Assembly (NCBI GenBank): GCA_902526825.1
Contig: CABZMN010000002.1
Location: 90,265-154,264 of the forward strand
DNA length: 64,000 nucleotides
Source of the DNA: an uncultured Candidatus Actinomarina sp.
GTDB taxonomy: Bacteria; Actinomycetota; Acidimicrobiia; Actinomarinales; Actinomarinaceae
Direction of reading: 5' to 3'
This document shows positions 1 to 9,304 of this stretch, piece by piece. Positions within the stretch are counted from its first letter, which is position 1; every line of letters begins with the position of its first letter. Position numbers and translations under genes: made by a program. Below the pieces are notes generated by a model. The model saw nothing but the letters and a program-made list of their open reading frames with translations, made no database searches and was not told where the DNA came from.

Positions 1-1
1 T

Positions 2-1429
2 TACGAAGTTAAAAAAATATCTGAGTGTCATCAATCTATTGGTCCAAAAACTTTAACACCAAATTCTCGTTTAGATCGATGGAGTGGAACTCACAATGCT
101 ATCTCTGATTGGCTACTTAATGAAGCAAATGATGAGGTTGCTATAAAGGTTGCAGAAGAAAACTTCCAATTTTATGACCCACTGCAAAGAAAAATTATGT
201 CTGAACTTTTTGAGCGATTTAGAAGTTTGGTTCCTAAGCCGTTACCTCAGGTAAATATTGATTTTTACAGACAAGAAATAATCAAAGAAATTGACGGTGA
301 AGAGAAGGGTATGTACACATCTTTTCAATATCAACTTGAAGATGAAGAAAATACTGAATATATAAAGCTTAAAGCAGGAGTCTCCGATGTTGAGGATATA
401 GACAGAGCTATTGTTGCAGAAACAAAGCTAGAGGGTGAAACTTTTCTAACTGCTCAGCTGATTCACGATGACTTTGATGAGATAAAGGAACCAGAAAAGT
501 CAAAAGAAATTATTGATAACTATTTCAGTATTATCAAAGAGTTTGAGACTAATAGAAAAAAAGCAACACCTGGTCTTCATTGCTATATGTGCTCTCGACC
601 ATCGAGGTGTGGTCAGTATCCTGTCGTAGATGGACAAGAAGCAAAGTCGAACAATAGGGGAATATTAATAAGTAAGTCAAACTTGCTAAATCTTGAGACT
701 TGTGAGAGATGGACGTCTTGGAGAGCACAATATGCAATACCAAAAGATATAGAAAACGAATCATTTGAAGCTGAACTTGGCCAAAAATTTCACTCATATT
801 CACAAAAGATGCTTGAAAAAAATAAAGATATCTTTGGAGATAAAGAAATTGAGAGATTAAAAAAGCTCCTCGTTGATGAAGAAGAAAAATTTGCATCTCA
901 GATACTCAAAAAATATGAGGAACTCATCCAAGCCTTAGATGCTGAAGTTGAAGATCAAAACGAGTTAGAAATTAAATTATCAGAGTATGGTCTTGGATTT
1001 TCAATATTAAAAGATGGAATAGTCTCAAATTCAAAAATGGAGTTAAGAGAGGATAAAGTCGCAGTAACATTCATGGGCCAGGCTGATCTTGTTGGAAGGT
1101 ACAAAGGAAAAGGTCTTGTAATTGAACTCAAAACAGGACAAGAAAGCAGTGATGACCTTACAGAGGCTGAATTATATGCACTTGGTGCAAAATTGTTACT
1201 CAAAGAGGACGAGGTCTACGTTTTTCATATATATACAAATAAAGATGGTGGAAAACTTAAGAAAAGAAAATTTGGAGAAAGTGAGTTTGATTCAATTATT
1301 AATAAATTCCAGGATAAAGCGCAGAGAATTGCTAATTGGAACCCTAATGATTCACTATCACCTTCATTTAATGTGGGTGATTGGTGTTCCAATTGTGACT
1401 ATCAAACTACATGTCCTGAATATAGATAA
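2..1429 (+). CDS. PD-(D/E)XK (RecB/AddB/Cas4-like) nuclease-domain protein with Cys clusters; 5' end lies outside the window
   Basis: The frame of ORF 197..1429 stays open back to base 2, so the gene is cut by the window edge. D...ExK core (QADLVGRYKGKGLVIELKTGQ). CX2CX5C at 581-610 and again at the C-terminus 1385-1414 (CSNCDYQTTC). Confidence 0.6.
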   Translation, partial: YEVKKISECHQSIGPKTLTPNSRLDRWSGTHNAISDWLLNEANDEVAIKVAEENFQFYDPLQRKIMSELFERFRSLVPKPLPQVNIDFYRQEIIKEIDGEEKGMYTSFQYQLEDEENTEYIKLKAGVSDVEDIDRAIVAETKLEGETFLTAQLIHDDFDEIKEPEKSKEIIDNYFSIIKEFETNRKKATPGLHCYMCSRPSRCGQYPVVDGQEAKSNNRGILISKSNLLNLETCERWTSWRAQYAIPKDIENESFEAELGQKFHSYSQKMLEKNKDIFGDKEIERLKKLLVDEEEKFASQILKKYEELIQALDAEVEDQNELEIKLSEYGLGFSILKDGIVSNSKMELREDKVAVTFMGQADLVGRYKGKGLVIELKTGQESSDDLTEAELYALGAKLLLKEDEVYVFHIYTNKDGGKLKKRKFGESEFDSIINKFQDKAQRIANWNPNDSLSPSFNVGDWCSNCDYQTTCPEYR

Positions 1430-1467
1430 GGTTTTAGTAAGAACTATATGAGAATATAATTAAATTG

Positions 1468-3729
1468 ATGGATTTATCAGTAACACCAACAAGTTTAGTT
1501 TCTTCAGTTTATGAAAAGTTAACGGAGAATATAAACAGTTTAAGGGCAAGAATAGATGCCCCGCTTACACTTGCTGAAAAACTTCTTTTTGGCCATGCAA
1601 CAGACATTTCATCTGTTTCTTTGAATAAAGGTGAAGATTATGGAGATTTTGCTCCAGACAGAGTCGCCATGCAAGATGCAACAGCTCAGATGGCTTTACT
1701 ACAATTTATGCAAGCAGATTTACCTGAAACAGCAGTGCCAACGACTGTGCACTGTGACCATTTAATTCAAGCATATGAGGGTGCGACTACTGATCTGCAG
1801 GTAGCAAACAAAACACACAAAGAGGTTTTTGATTTTCTAAGAACTGCTTCAGAAAAGTATGAAATAGGATTCTGGGGACCAGGAGCTGGAATTATTCACC
1901 AGGTTGTTCTCGAACAATATGCATTTCCTGGAGGAATGATGATTGGTACTGACAGCCATACACCTAATGCTGGAGGGTTATCAATGATTGCCATTGGAGT
2001 CGGTGGTGCAGACGCAGTTGATGTCATGGCTGGTATGCCATTCAATACGAAGATTCCAAGTTTGATTGGTGTTAAATTAACAGGATCATTGAGCGGTTGG
2101 ACATCACCAAAAGATATTATTTTAAAAGTAGCAGAAATTCTTACAGTTAAGGGAGCTACAAACGCAATAGTTGAATACTTTGGCGAGGGAACTCAAACTA
2201 TTTCAACTACTGGTAAGGCAACCATTACAAATATGGGTGCAGAAATTGGTGCAACATGTTCAATTTTTCCATACGATGAAAAAGGAAGCGATTACCTAAA
2301 AGCTACCGGTAGAGAAGAGATAGCTGAATTAGCAAACTCTAGAATGGACTTACTCACTGCTGATGAAGAAGTTTTAAAAAATCCGGAAAACTTTTTTAAT
2401 CAAGTTATTGAAATTAATCTTGATGAATTAGAGCCACATATTGTTGGACCGCACACACCTGATCTAGCAAGACCAATTTCTGGATTAAAAGAAGATGCAA
2501 ACACAAATGACTATCCACTTAAGATTTCAAGTGCATTGATTGGATCATGTACAAACTCATCCTATGAAGATATTGGAAGAGCTGCATTTATTGCGAGAGA
2601 AGCTGCAAAGCATGGTTTAAAAGCAAAGGTCCCTTTAATGGTTACTCCTGGATCTGAACAAACAAGAGCCACGATTGAGCGTGATGGCTATCTTAAAGAT
2701 CTAGAGGCTATTGGAGCAACAGTCCTTGCAAATGCATGCGGTCCTTGTATTGGTCAATGGAAAAGAGATGACATAAAAGAAGGGGAGAGTAATTCAATTG
2801 TTTCATCCTTTAATAGAAACTTCCCTGCAAGAAATGATGGCAACGCAGAAACGTTATCATTTATTGGATCTCCAGAAACAGTTATTGGACTAGCCCTTGG
2901 TGGCACACTAGATTTCAACTTTCTTGATGATACCCTAATAAGTAAAGATGGTGAAGAGATAACGCTCAACCCACCAATTGCAGATGAATTACCTGATAAA
3001 GGGTTTGAAGAAACTTTAGAGGGATTTATTCAACCTACACCAGGTGATGATGTAGAGGTGGTAATTGACCCTGAATCAAATAGATTACAAAGACTAACGC
3101 CTTTTGAAGCACCTAATGAGAGTGAATACGAATCAATGAGTGTATTAATGAAAGCAGAAGGAAAATGTACAACTGATCATATATCACCGGCCGGTAAGTG
3201 GTTGCAATTCAGAGGTCACCTAGAAAACATTTCTCAAAACTTATTTAATGGAGTAAATAATGCTTTCGCAGAAAATGCTGGCGATGGAGTAAATATTTTA
3301 ACAAAAGAAGTTGATACGTTACCAAACATTGCAAAAAATTATCATGCTGAGAATGTTAGCTGGGTTGCAGTCGGCGATGAAAACTATGGAGAGGGATCTT
3401 CAAGAGAGCATGCAGCAATGGAACCAAGATTTAGAGGTTGCAAAGTAGTTCTGGTTAAAAGCTTTGCAAGGATTCATGAAGCAAACTTGAAGAAACAAGG
3501 TATTTTGCCTTTAGTTTTTGATGATAAAAATGATTATGAAAAAATTGAACAATTCGACAAAATGACAATAAAGAGTCTTAGCGATATAAAAGTAGATACT
3601 CCAATCGAGATTGTCTTAGAGAAAGAAAATGGAGAGCAAGAAACTATTAAAGCTAATCACTCTTTATCTTCAGATCAGATATCCTGGTTTTTTGCCGGTT
3701 CTGCATTAAATTACATCAAATCTAAATAA
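1468..3729 (+). CDS. acn: aconitate hydratase, mitochondrial-type (about 750 aa)
   Basis: Motifs PDRVAMQDATAQMALLQF, DSHTPNAGG, IGSCTNSSYEDIGRAA, CGPCIGQW. The ORF track starts at TTG 1465; the ATG at 1468 is more likely. Confidence 0.93.
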   Translation: MDLSVTPTSLVSSVYEKLTENINSLRARIDAPLTLAEKLLFGHATDISSVSLNKGEDYGDFAPDRVAMQDATAQMALLQFMQADLPETAVPTTVHCDHLIQAYEGATTDLQVANKTHKEVFDFLRTASEKYEIGFWGPGAGIIHQVVLEQYAFPGGMMIGTDSHTPNAGGLSMIAIGVGGADAVDVMAGMPFNTKIPSLIGVKLTGSLSGWTSPKDIILKVAEILTVKGATNAIVEYFGEGTQTISTTGKATITNMGAEIGATCSIFPYDEKGSDYLKATGREEIAELANSRMDLLTADEEVLKNPENFFNQVIEINLDELEPHIVGPHTPDLARPISGLKEDANTNDYPLKISSALIGSCTNSSYEDIGRAAFIAREAAKHGLKAKVPLMVTPGSEQTRATIERDGYLKDLEAIGATVLANACGPCIGQWKRDDIKEGESNSIVSSFNRNFPARNDGNAETLSFIGSPETVIGLALGGTLDFNFLDDTLISKDGEEITLNPPIADELPDKGFEETLEGFIQPTPGDDVEVVIDPESNRLQRLTPFEAPNESEYESMSVLMKAEGKCTTDHISPAGKWLQFRGHLENISQNLFNGVNNAFAENAGDGVNILTKEVDTLPNIAKNYHAENVSWVAVGDENYGEGSSREHAAMEPRFRGCKVVLVKSFARIHEANLKKQGILPLVFDDKNDYEKIEQFDKMTIKSLSDIKVDTPIEIVLEKENGEQETIKANHSLSSDQISWFFAGSALNYIKSK

Positions 3730-4380
3730 ATGGATAGCATCTCTGACAAAGTTAAAAAGATAAGAGTTGAGTACGAGGACAAGCCACTTAATTTAGAAGA
3801 TCTCAATCAAGATCCATTAGAACAATTCAATACATGGTTTCAAATTGCTATCGACGCTGAAGTAAATGAGGCAAACGCTATGGCTATATCGACTATAACT
3901 CAAGAAGGAACACCAAGGTCTCGCTACGTACTGTTTAAAGATATTGTCGATGATAAATTAGTTTTTTATTCTGATTATCAAAGCAGTAAGGGTAAAGAGA
4001 TGGATAACAATCCAAATATTTCTGGATTATTCTTCTGGCCTGAACTCCATCGTCAAATAAGGCTTGAAGGTATTATCTCGAAGACTTCAGATGAAGTTTC
4101 TGACAATTACTTTGCCTCCCGTCCAAGAGGTGCACAATTGAGCGCAATAGCTTCTAGTCAAAGTTCTGAAATAAAAGGAAGAGAAACAGTTGAAGAGAAA
4201 ATTCAAGAATTAGAAAAAGAATTCAAAGGAAAAGATATACCAAGACCTGATAACTGGGGTGGGTATGCCATTGATATAAGTTTCTGGGAGTTTTGGCAGG
4301 GAAGAAGAAGCAGAACTCATGATCGCTTTATTTATGTTAAAAATGATAATTCATGGGAAATAACTAGACTATCACCTTAA
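3730..4380 (+). CDS. pdxH: pyridoxamine/pyridoxine 5'-phosphate oxidase
   Basis: About 216 aa. RSRYVLFK, RQIRLEGI, NWGGY and C-terminal HDRFIY motifs. The ATG directly abuts the acn stop codon. Confidence 0.88.
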   Translation: MDSISDKVKKIRVEYEDKPLNLEDLNQDPLEQFNTWFQIAIDAEVNEANAMAISTITQEGTPRSRYVLFKDIVDDKLVFYSDYQSSKGKEMDNNPNISGLFFWPELHRQIRLEGIISKTSDEVSDNYFASRPRGAQLSAIASSQSSEIKGRETVEEKIQELEKEFKGKDIPRPDNWGGYAIDISFWEFWQGRRSRTHDRFIYVKNDNSWEITRLSP

Positions 4381-4391
4381 GAAAAAGTTTT

Positions 4392-5060
4392 ATGAGAGAT
4401 ATCAAAATAACCAAGAATTTTATTAACTCTGAAAATACATCAGTTCTCTATGAGTCTGGAAATACAAAAGTTTTAATTACGGTATCTATCTCAGATAGAG
4501 TTCCACGGTGGCTTGAAAACTCAGACAAGGGTTGGCTAACAGCTGAATATAATATGTTGCCTGGCTCTTCTGATCAAAGAGTTTCACGAAAATCTTTTGA
4601 AGGGGGAAGGTCAAAAGAAATATCAAGACTAATCGGAAGATCACTTCGATCTGTATGTGACCTTGGAATATTAAATGGATACTCAATAACTGTCGACTGT
4701 GATGTTCTTGATGCAGATGGAGGAACAAGAACAGCATCAATCAATGGTGCATGGATTGCACTTAATGAGACTTTCAACAACCTTGTTGATCAAAAAAAGT
4801 TAGTTCAAAACCCCCTAACAAACCAAATTGCTGCATTGTCAGTTGGGATAGTTGATGGAGATTTCATTGCAGATTTAGATTATGAAAAAGATTCGAGTGC
4901 TCAAGTAGATTTAAATCTTGTACTAAATGACAAATATGAGATATTAGAAATTCAAGGAACTGCAGAGCAAAAACCATTTTCTAAAGAAGACTTAGATAAA
5001 CTTTTTGAAATGACCAAAGAAGAGGTCAATAAAGTCTTTGATGTACAAAAGAATGTATGA
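4392..5060 (+). CDS. rph: ribonuclease PH
   Basis: 222 aa. DADGGTRTASINGAWIAL motif. Classic rph-rdgB pairing. Confidence 0.9.
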   Translation: MRDIKITKNFINSENTSVLYESGNTKVLITVSISDRVPRWLENSDKGWLTAEYNMLPGSSDQRVSRKSFEGGRSKEISRLIGRSLRSVCDLGILNGYSITVDCDVLDADGGTRTASINGAWIALNETFNNLVDQKKLVQNPLTNQIAALSVGIVDGDFIADLDYEKDSSAQVDLNLVLNDKYEILEIQGTAEQKPFSKEDLDKLFEMTKEEVNKVFDVQKNV

Positions 5061-5629
5061 AAATCTTATTTGCGAGTAAAAATAAGAACAAGTTCAAAGA
5101 AATAAAAGAGATTTTTAAAGATTCAAAATTTGAAATAATATTCGATGATGACCTTGAAGATGTTGTTGAAGATAAAGATACTATCTTAGGGAACGCTCAA
5201 AAAAAATCAGAAGAAATTTTTCTCAAGCATAATATTCCTGTCCTTTCAGATGACTCAGGATTATTTGTAGAAGCATTAGGAAATCTACCTGGAGTCTCAA
5301 CTGCTCGATATGCAGGGGAGAATGCTTCAGACCAAGAAAACATCGAAAAGATGTTGAAAAATTTATCAGATGAAGAAAATAGAAAGGCTTTTTTTAAAAC
5401 GGTCATATATTTTTTTGACGGAGAAATCAGATTAGATACTGAAGGAACATTGAATGGTCAAATAACTACGACTCCCCGAGGTAACAATGGTTTTGGATAC
5501 GATCCTATTTTCGAAATAGGTGGATCAACCCTGGCAGAGTTAAGTTTTGAAGAAAAAACAGATATAAGTCATAGAAAAATTGCCGCTAAAAAAATGTGTG
5601 ATTTGTTAACAGATACTTTTGCAGAATAA
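5057..5629 (+). CDS. rdgB: non-canonical purine NTP pyrophosphatase (RdgB/HAM1 family)
   Basis: 190 aa. FGYDPIF and SHR motifs. ATGA overlap with the rph stop. Confidence 0.88.
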   Translation: MKILFASKNKNKFKEIKEIFKDSKFEIIFDDDLEDVVEDKDTILGNAQKKSEEIFLKHNIPVLSDDSGLFVEALGNLPGVSTARYAGENASDQENIEKMLKNLSDEENRKAFFKTVIYFFDGEIRLDTEGTLNGQITTTPRGNNGFGYDPIFEIGGSTLAELSFEEKTDISHRKIAAKKMCDLLTDTFAE

Positions 5630-5641
5630 ATATTTTTTGTG

Positions 5642-5669
5642 TAGACAAGCTAATAAACGAAACTATTAT
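5642..5669 (+). promoter_or_regulatory. candidate promoter: TAGACA, 16-nt spacer, TATTAT
   Basis: -35-like TAGACA at 5642-5647 and -10-like TATTAT at 5664-5669. The predicted TSS near 5676 coincides with the ATG of the mini-ORF, which would give a leaderless transcript. Hexamer match only. Confidence 0.3.
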
Positions 5670-5675
5670 GAATTC

Positions 5676-5702
5676 ATGATTAACTTCATAATTATTATTT
5701 AA
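5676..5702 (+). promoter_or_regulatory. candidate leader peptide mini-ORF MINFIIII (Ile-rich)
   Basis: ATG ATT AAC TTC ATA ATT ATT ATT TAA. Five of 8 codons are Ile, with four consecutive Ile codons before the stop. No Shine-Dalgarno is visible, which is compatible with leaderless initiation. It lies just upstream of the hairpins and terminator that precede cimA. Confidence 0.4.
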
Positions 5703-5727
5703 GGACAACGAACTTTTCGTTGTTACC
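5703..5727 (+). promoter_or_regulatory. hairpin 1 (candidate anti-terminator)
   Basis: ACAACGAA (5705-5712) pairs with TTCGTTGT (5716-5723) around loop CTT. G5703/G5704 could additionally pair with C5726/C5727, which belong to the terminator's 5' arm. Confidence 0.35.
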
Positions 5728-5751
5728 CTTGCGTTGCAGGGGTTTTTTTTT
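5726..5751 (+). terminator. rho-independent terminator / attenuator
   Basis: CCCTTGC (5726-5732) pairs with GCAGGGG (5736-5742) as 7 bp including one G-U, loop GTT, followed by nine T (5743-5751). It ends 12 nt before the cimA ATG. Confidence 0.7.
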
Positions 5752-5763
5752 GGAAGAAGAAGA

Positions 5764-7326
5764 ATGAAGATAGACATATTTGATACGACACTAAGAGATG
5801 GCTTTCAACAGGAGGGAATCTCCCCATCAGTAAAGGATAAATTAGCTATTGCTAAGTTAATTGACGAGTTGGGTGTTGATTATATTGAAGGTGGATGGCC
5901 TGGAGCATCACCTAAGGAAAAAGAGTTTTTTGATAAAGCAAAAAAAGATTTAAAGCTTGAGAATGCAAAATTAGTTAGTTTTGGTTCTACAAGAAAATTA
6001 AATGTAAAAGTTGAAGATGATCCACAAGTACAGGCACTTATTGATTCTGAAACAGAGTACGTTTGCATCGTAGGTAAATCATCTAATCTTCACATTACAA
6101 AGGCTTTAGAGACTGATGTAGACAGTGCGATTTTAATGGCTTCTGATACCGTTAAATATCTTAAAGATAATGGAAGAAAAGTTTTTTTTGATGCAGAACA
6201 TTTCTTTGATGGTTTGAAAGAGGATTCAGAGACTACTTTGAAAATTTTAGATGCAGTAGTAAAAGAGGGCGTTGATTGTTTTATATTTTGTGATACCAAC
6301 GGAGGAACACTTCCTCATGAAGTCACAGATCTTTTAACTCCAATAGTGAAAAAGTATCCCGATCAATCATTTGGCGTTCACTTTCAAAATGACAATGGTT
6401 GTGCAGTTACAAACTCTCTCGCTGCAGTGAACCTTGGTGTGGAACATGTTCAAGGGACTATGAATGGTTATGGTGAGCGTACTGGTAATGCAGACCTTTG
6501 TACTCTTATTCCTAACCTCTCTTTAAAAATGGACTTTGAGACAGTGCCTGAAAAGTCACTTCAAAAACTAACTCCTATAGCAAATCACATTGCGGAATTA
6601 GTTAATATCGCTATTGACTCAAGACATCCTTATGTTGGTTCATCTGCCTTCACACATAAGGCAGGACTTCATGCTTCTGGTATGTCAAAAGACAATACTC
6701 TCTATGAGCACATAAACGCTAGTCAGGTAGGAAACTACACAAGAACTACTGTCTCTGAGTTAGCTGGAAGAGCAAGTGTAATTACTAAAGCAAAAGAATT
6801 TGGAATAGAACTTACAAACGATGATGCAAAAAATCTTATTGAGCAAGTACAAGATCTTGAATATCAAGGGTTTCAGTTTGAGGCTGCTGATGGTTCTCTA
6901 TATTTATTAATGAAAAAGATCAAAGGAGAAGAGCCATCTTTTTTTAATTTTGAAAGCTTCAGAGTATATTCAGAAAGAAGAAACTCTGAAAACGTTGTTT
7001 CAGAAGCTGTTTGTAAAATATCTGTAAATGAAGAAAGATTCGTAACAACAGGAGAGGGAGTTGGTCCTGTCGATGCATTAAATAAAGCTTTGAAATCTGC
7101 CTTGAATAAGAACTATCCGGATGTAGATAAGATTAAATTAACGGACTATAAAGTGAGAATCATTGACTCTTCAGATGGAACTGAGGCAAAAACAAGAGTT
7201 CTTGTTGAATTTACAGATGGCGAGATAAATTGGAGCACTATTGGTGTTCACGAAAATATAATTAATGCATCTTGGAATGCTTTATGTGATGGCTTTAATT
7301 ATTATTTTATGGAAAGTTCATCATAA
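5764..7326 (+). CDS. cimA: (R)-citramalate synthase (LeuA-related, about 520 aa form)
   Basis: MKIDIFDTTLRDGFQQEG, EGGWPGASPKEKEFF, NDNGCAVTNSLAAV, GTMNGYGERTGNADL, plus a C-terminal regulatory domain. The ORF-track start at 5734 (TTG) lies inside the terminator. ATG 5764 is preceded by GGAAGAAG. Confidence 0.78.
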   Translation: MKIDIFDTTLRDGFQQEGISPSVKDKLAIAKLIDELGVDYIEGGWPGASPKEKEFFDKAKKDLKLENAKLVSFGSTRKLNVKVEDDPQVQALIDSETEYVCIVGKSSNLHITKALETDVDSAILMASDTVKYLKDNGRKVFFDAEHFFDGLKEDSETTLKILDAVVKEGVDCFIFCDTNGGTLPHEVTDLLTPIVKKYPDQSFGVHFQNDNGCAVTNSLAAVNLGVEHVQGTMNGYGERTGNADLCTLIPNLSLKMDFETVPEKSLQKLTPIANHIAELVNIAIDSRHPYVGSSAFTHKAGLHASGMSKDNTLYEHINASQVGNYTRTTVSELAGRASVITKAKEFGIELTNDDAKNLIEQVQDLEYQGFQFEAADGSLYLLMKKIKGEEPSFFNFESFRVYSERRNSENVVSEAVCKISVNEERFVTTGEGVGPVDALNKALKSALNKNYPDVDKIKLTDYKVRIIDSSDGTEAKTRVLVEFTDGEINWSTIGVHENIINASWNALCDGFNYYFMESSS

Positions 7327-7357
7327 AATTTTTATAATTACGTTAGGTAACTAAAAA

Positions 7358-9304
7358 ATGTCTGAAAAAATTGAAAATTTACTTGGAGAAGATAGAACTT
7401 TTGACCCTCCATCGCGCATTGTAGATAATGCAAACGCTACACAAGAATGGTTTGACCTAGCCAATCAAGACAGACTTGCTTACTGGCAAAAACAAGCTTT
7501 AGAGAGAATTACCTGGTACAAAGAACCCAAAGAGATTTTGGACGATTCAGATGCACCTTTCTATAAATGGTTTAAGGATGGAGAACTCAACCTTGCATAC
7601 AATTGTCTCGATCGACATTTAGAAACTGATAGAGACAGAATTGCTTTTTACTGGGAGGGAGAACCTGGAGACTCTCAAGAAATAACCTATCAAGATCTTT
7701 ATGAGAGAGTCTGTAAGCTTTCAAACGGCCTCAAAGAGCTTGGTGTTAAGAAAGGTGATAGAATCGCAATTTACCTTGGTATGACGCCTGAAATTGTCAT
7801 CTCCATGCTCGCATGCGCAAGAATAGGTGCCGTGCATTCTGTCGTATTCGGAGGTTTTTCTGCAGGAGCTCTAGCTGACAGAATTAATGATGCTGAAGCA
7901 AAAGTTGTAATTACAGCAGATGGTGCTTGGAGAAGGGGAGAAATAGTTCCTCTAAAACAGAATGTGGATGACTCCCTAAAGCTTACCGATCATATAGAGA
8001 GCGTAATAGTTGTAAAGAGAACTGAGAACGATGTAACCATGGTTGATGGCAGAGACTATTGGTATAGCGAACTTGTAGATAAGCAGGAAACTGATTGTGA
8101 ACCTGAAGTAATGAACGCAGAGGACATGTTATATATCCTCTATACATCAGGTACAACAGCTAAACCAAAAGGAATCGTCCACACACAGGCTGGATATCTT
8201 ACGGGTGTTACTACAACACATTCTGCAGTATTTGACATAAAGGAAGATGACATCTATTGGTGTGCTGCAGACTGTGGTTGGGTAACAGGTCATAGTTATA
8301 TTGTGTATGGACCTTTAGCAAACAAAACAACAAGCGTTATGTATGAGGGTGCACCAAACGCACCAGATGAAAAAAGATTATGGAGTATCGTTGAAAAATA
8401 TAAAGTAAATATATTTTACACTGCCCCAACTGCAATTAGAGCTTTCATGAAGTGGGGAGTTGAGCATCCGCAAGCACATGACTTAACGTCACTCAGATTG
8501 TTAGGTACCGTTGGTGAGCCAATTAATCCAGAAGCCTGGATGTGGTACCACGAAAACATAGGAAATGAATCTTGTGCGATTGTAGATACATGGTGGCAGA
8601 CGGAGACTGGTTCAATAATGATTACACCTCTGCCAGGCATTACGAGTACAAAACCGGGGTCAGCATGTGGTCCAATGCCAGGCATAGATGCAGTTGTTGT
8701 TGATGAAAATGGAAATGAAGTCTCAAAAGGTGAAGGGGGATATTTAGCAATCAAAACACCTTGGCCATCAATGCTTAGAACAGTATTTGGTGACGAGAAA
8801 AGATATATCGATACTTATTGGTCAAAGTATGACGGGATGTATTTTGCAGGAGATGGTGCAAAATATGATGATGATGGATACTTCTGGCTTCTTGGAAGAG
8901 TTGATGATGTTATGAATATCTCCGGCCATAGAATTTCAACAGCTGAGGTAGAGAGTGCGCTTGTAGCACATGAATCAGTTGCTGAAGCAGCTGTAATTGG
9001 GAGAGCTGATGAGATTTCTGGTGAGGCTATTGCCGCCTTTGTTACTTTAATTGGTGGTTACGAGGGAAACGAAGAGCTAATTTCAACATTAAGACAACAT
9101 GTAAGTGATAAAATTGGACCAATTGCAAAACCAAAAAGTATAGTTATAACAAATGATCTTCCTAAGACAAGAAGTGGAAAAATTATGCGAAGATTATTAA
9201 AAGATATATCTGAGGAAAGAAAACTTGGTGATGTCACAACATTAGCGAATGCAGATATAGTTTCAGAGCTCCAAACAAGATCTTCCGAGTCAAGCGATGA
9301 GTGA
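7358..9304 (+). CDS. acs: acetyl-CoA synthetase (AMP-forming)
   Basis: 648 aa. [18 protein letters not shown], and C-terminal [11 protein letters not shown]. Confidence 0.95.
   Translation: MSEKIENLLGEDRTFDPPSRIVDNANATQEWFDLANQDRLAYWQKQALERITWYKEPKEILDDSDAPFYKWFKDGELNLAYNCLDRHLETDRDRIAFYWEGEPGDSQEITYQDLYERVCKLSNGLKELGVKKGDRIAIYLGMTPEIVISMLACARIGAVHSVVFGGFSAGALADRINDAEAKVVITADGAWRRGEIVPLKQNVDDSLKLTDHIESVIVVKRTENDVTMVDGRDYWYSELVDKQETDCEPEVMNAEDMLYILYTSGTTAKPKGIVHTQAGYLTGVTTTHSAVFDIKEDDIYWCAADCGWVTGHSYIVYGPLANKTTSVMYEGAPNAPDEKRLWSIVEKYKVNIFYTAPTAIRAFMKWGVEHPQAHDLTSLRLLGTVGEPINPEAWMWYHENIGNESCAIVDTWWQTETGSIMITPLPGITSTKPGSACGPMPGIDAVVVDENGNEVSKGEGGYLAIKTPWPSMLRTVFGDEKRYIDTYWSKYDGMYFAGDGAKYDDDGYFWLLGRVDDVMNISGHRISTAEVESALVAHESVAEAAVIGRADEISGEAIAAFVTLIGGYEGNEELISTLRQHVSDKIGPIAKPKSIVITNDLPKTRSGKIMRRLLKDISEERKLGDVTTLANADIVSELQTRSSESSDE

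Noticed and set aside
5668-5679. Alternative mini-ORF ATG AAT TCA TGA (MNS) upstream of the Ile-rich ORF
   Set aside because: It has only three codons with no regulatory codon bias, and it overlaps the putative -10 element. The MINFIIII frame fits an attenuator far better.
5734-5763. TTG-initiated extension of cimA (MQGFFFGRRR)
   Set aside because: It is the translated terminator stem and T-run. Family homology begins at ATG 5764, which has a purine-rich RBS.
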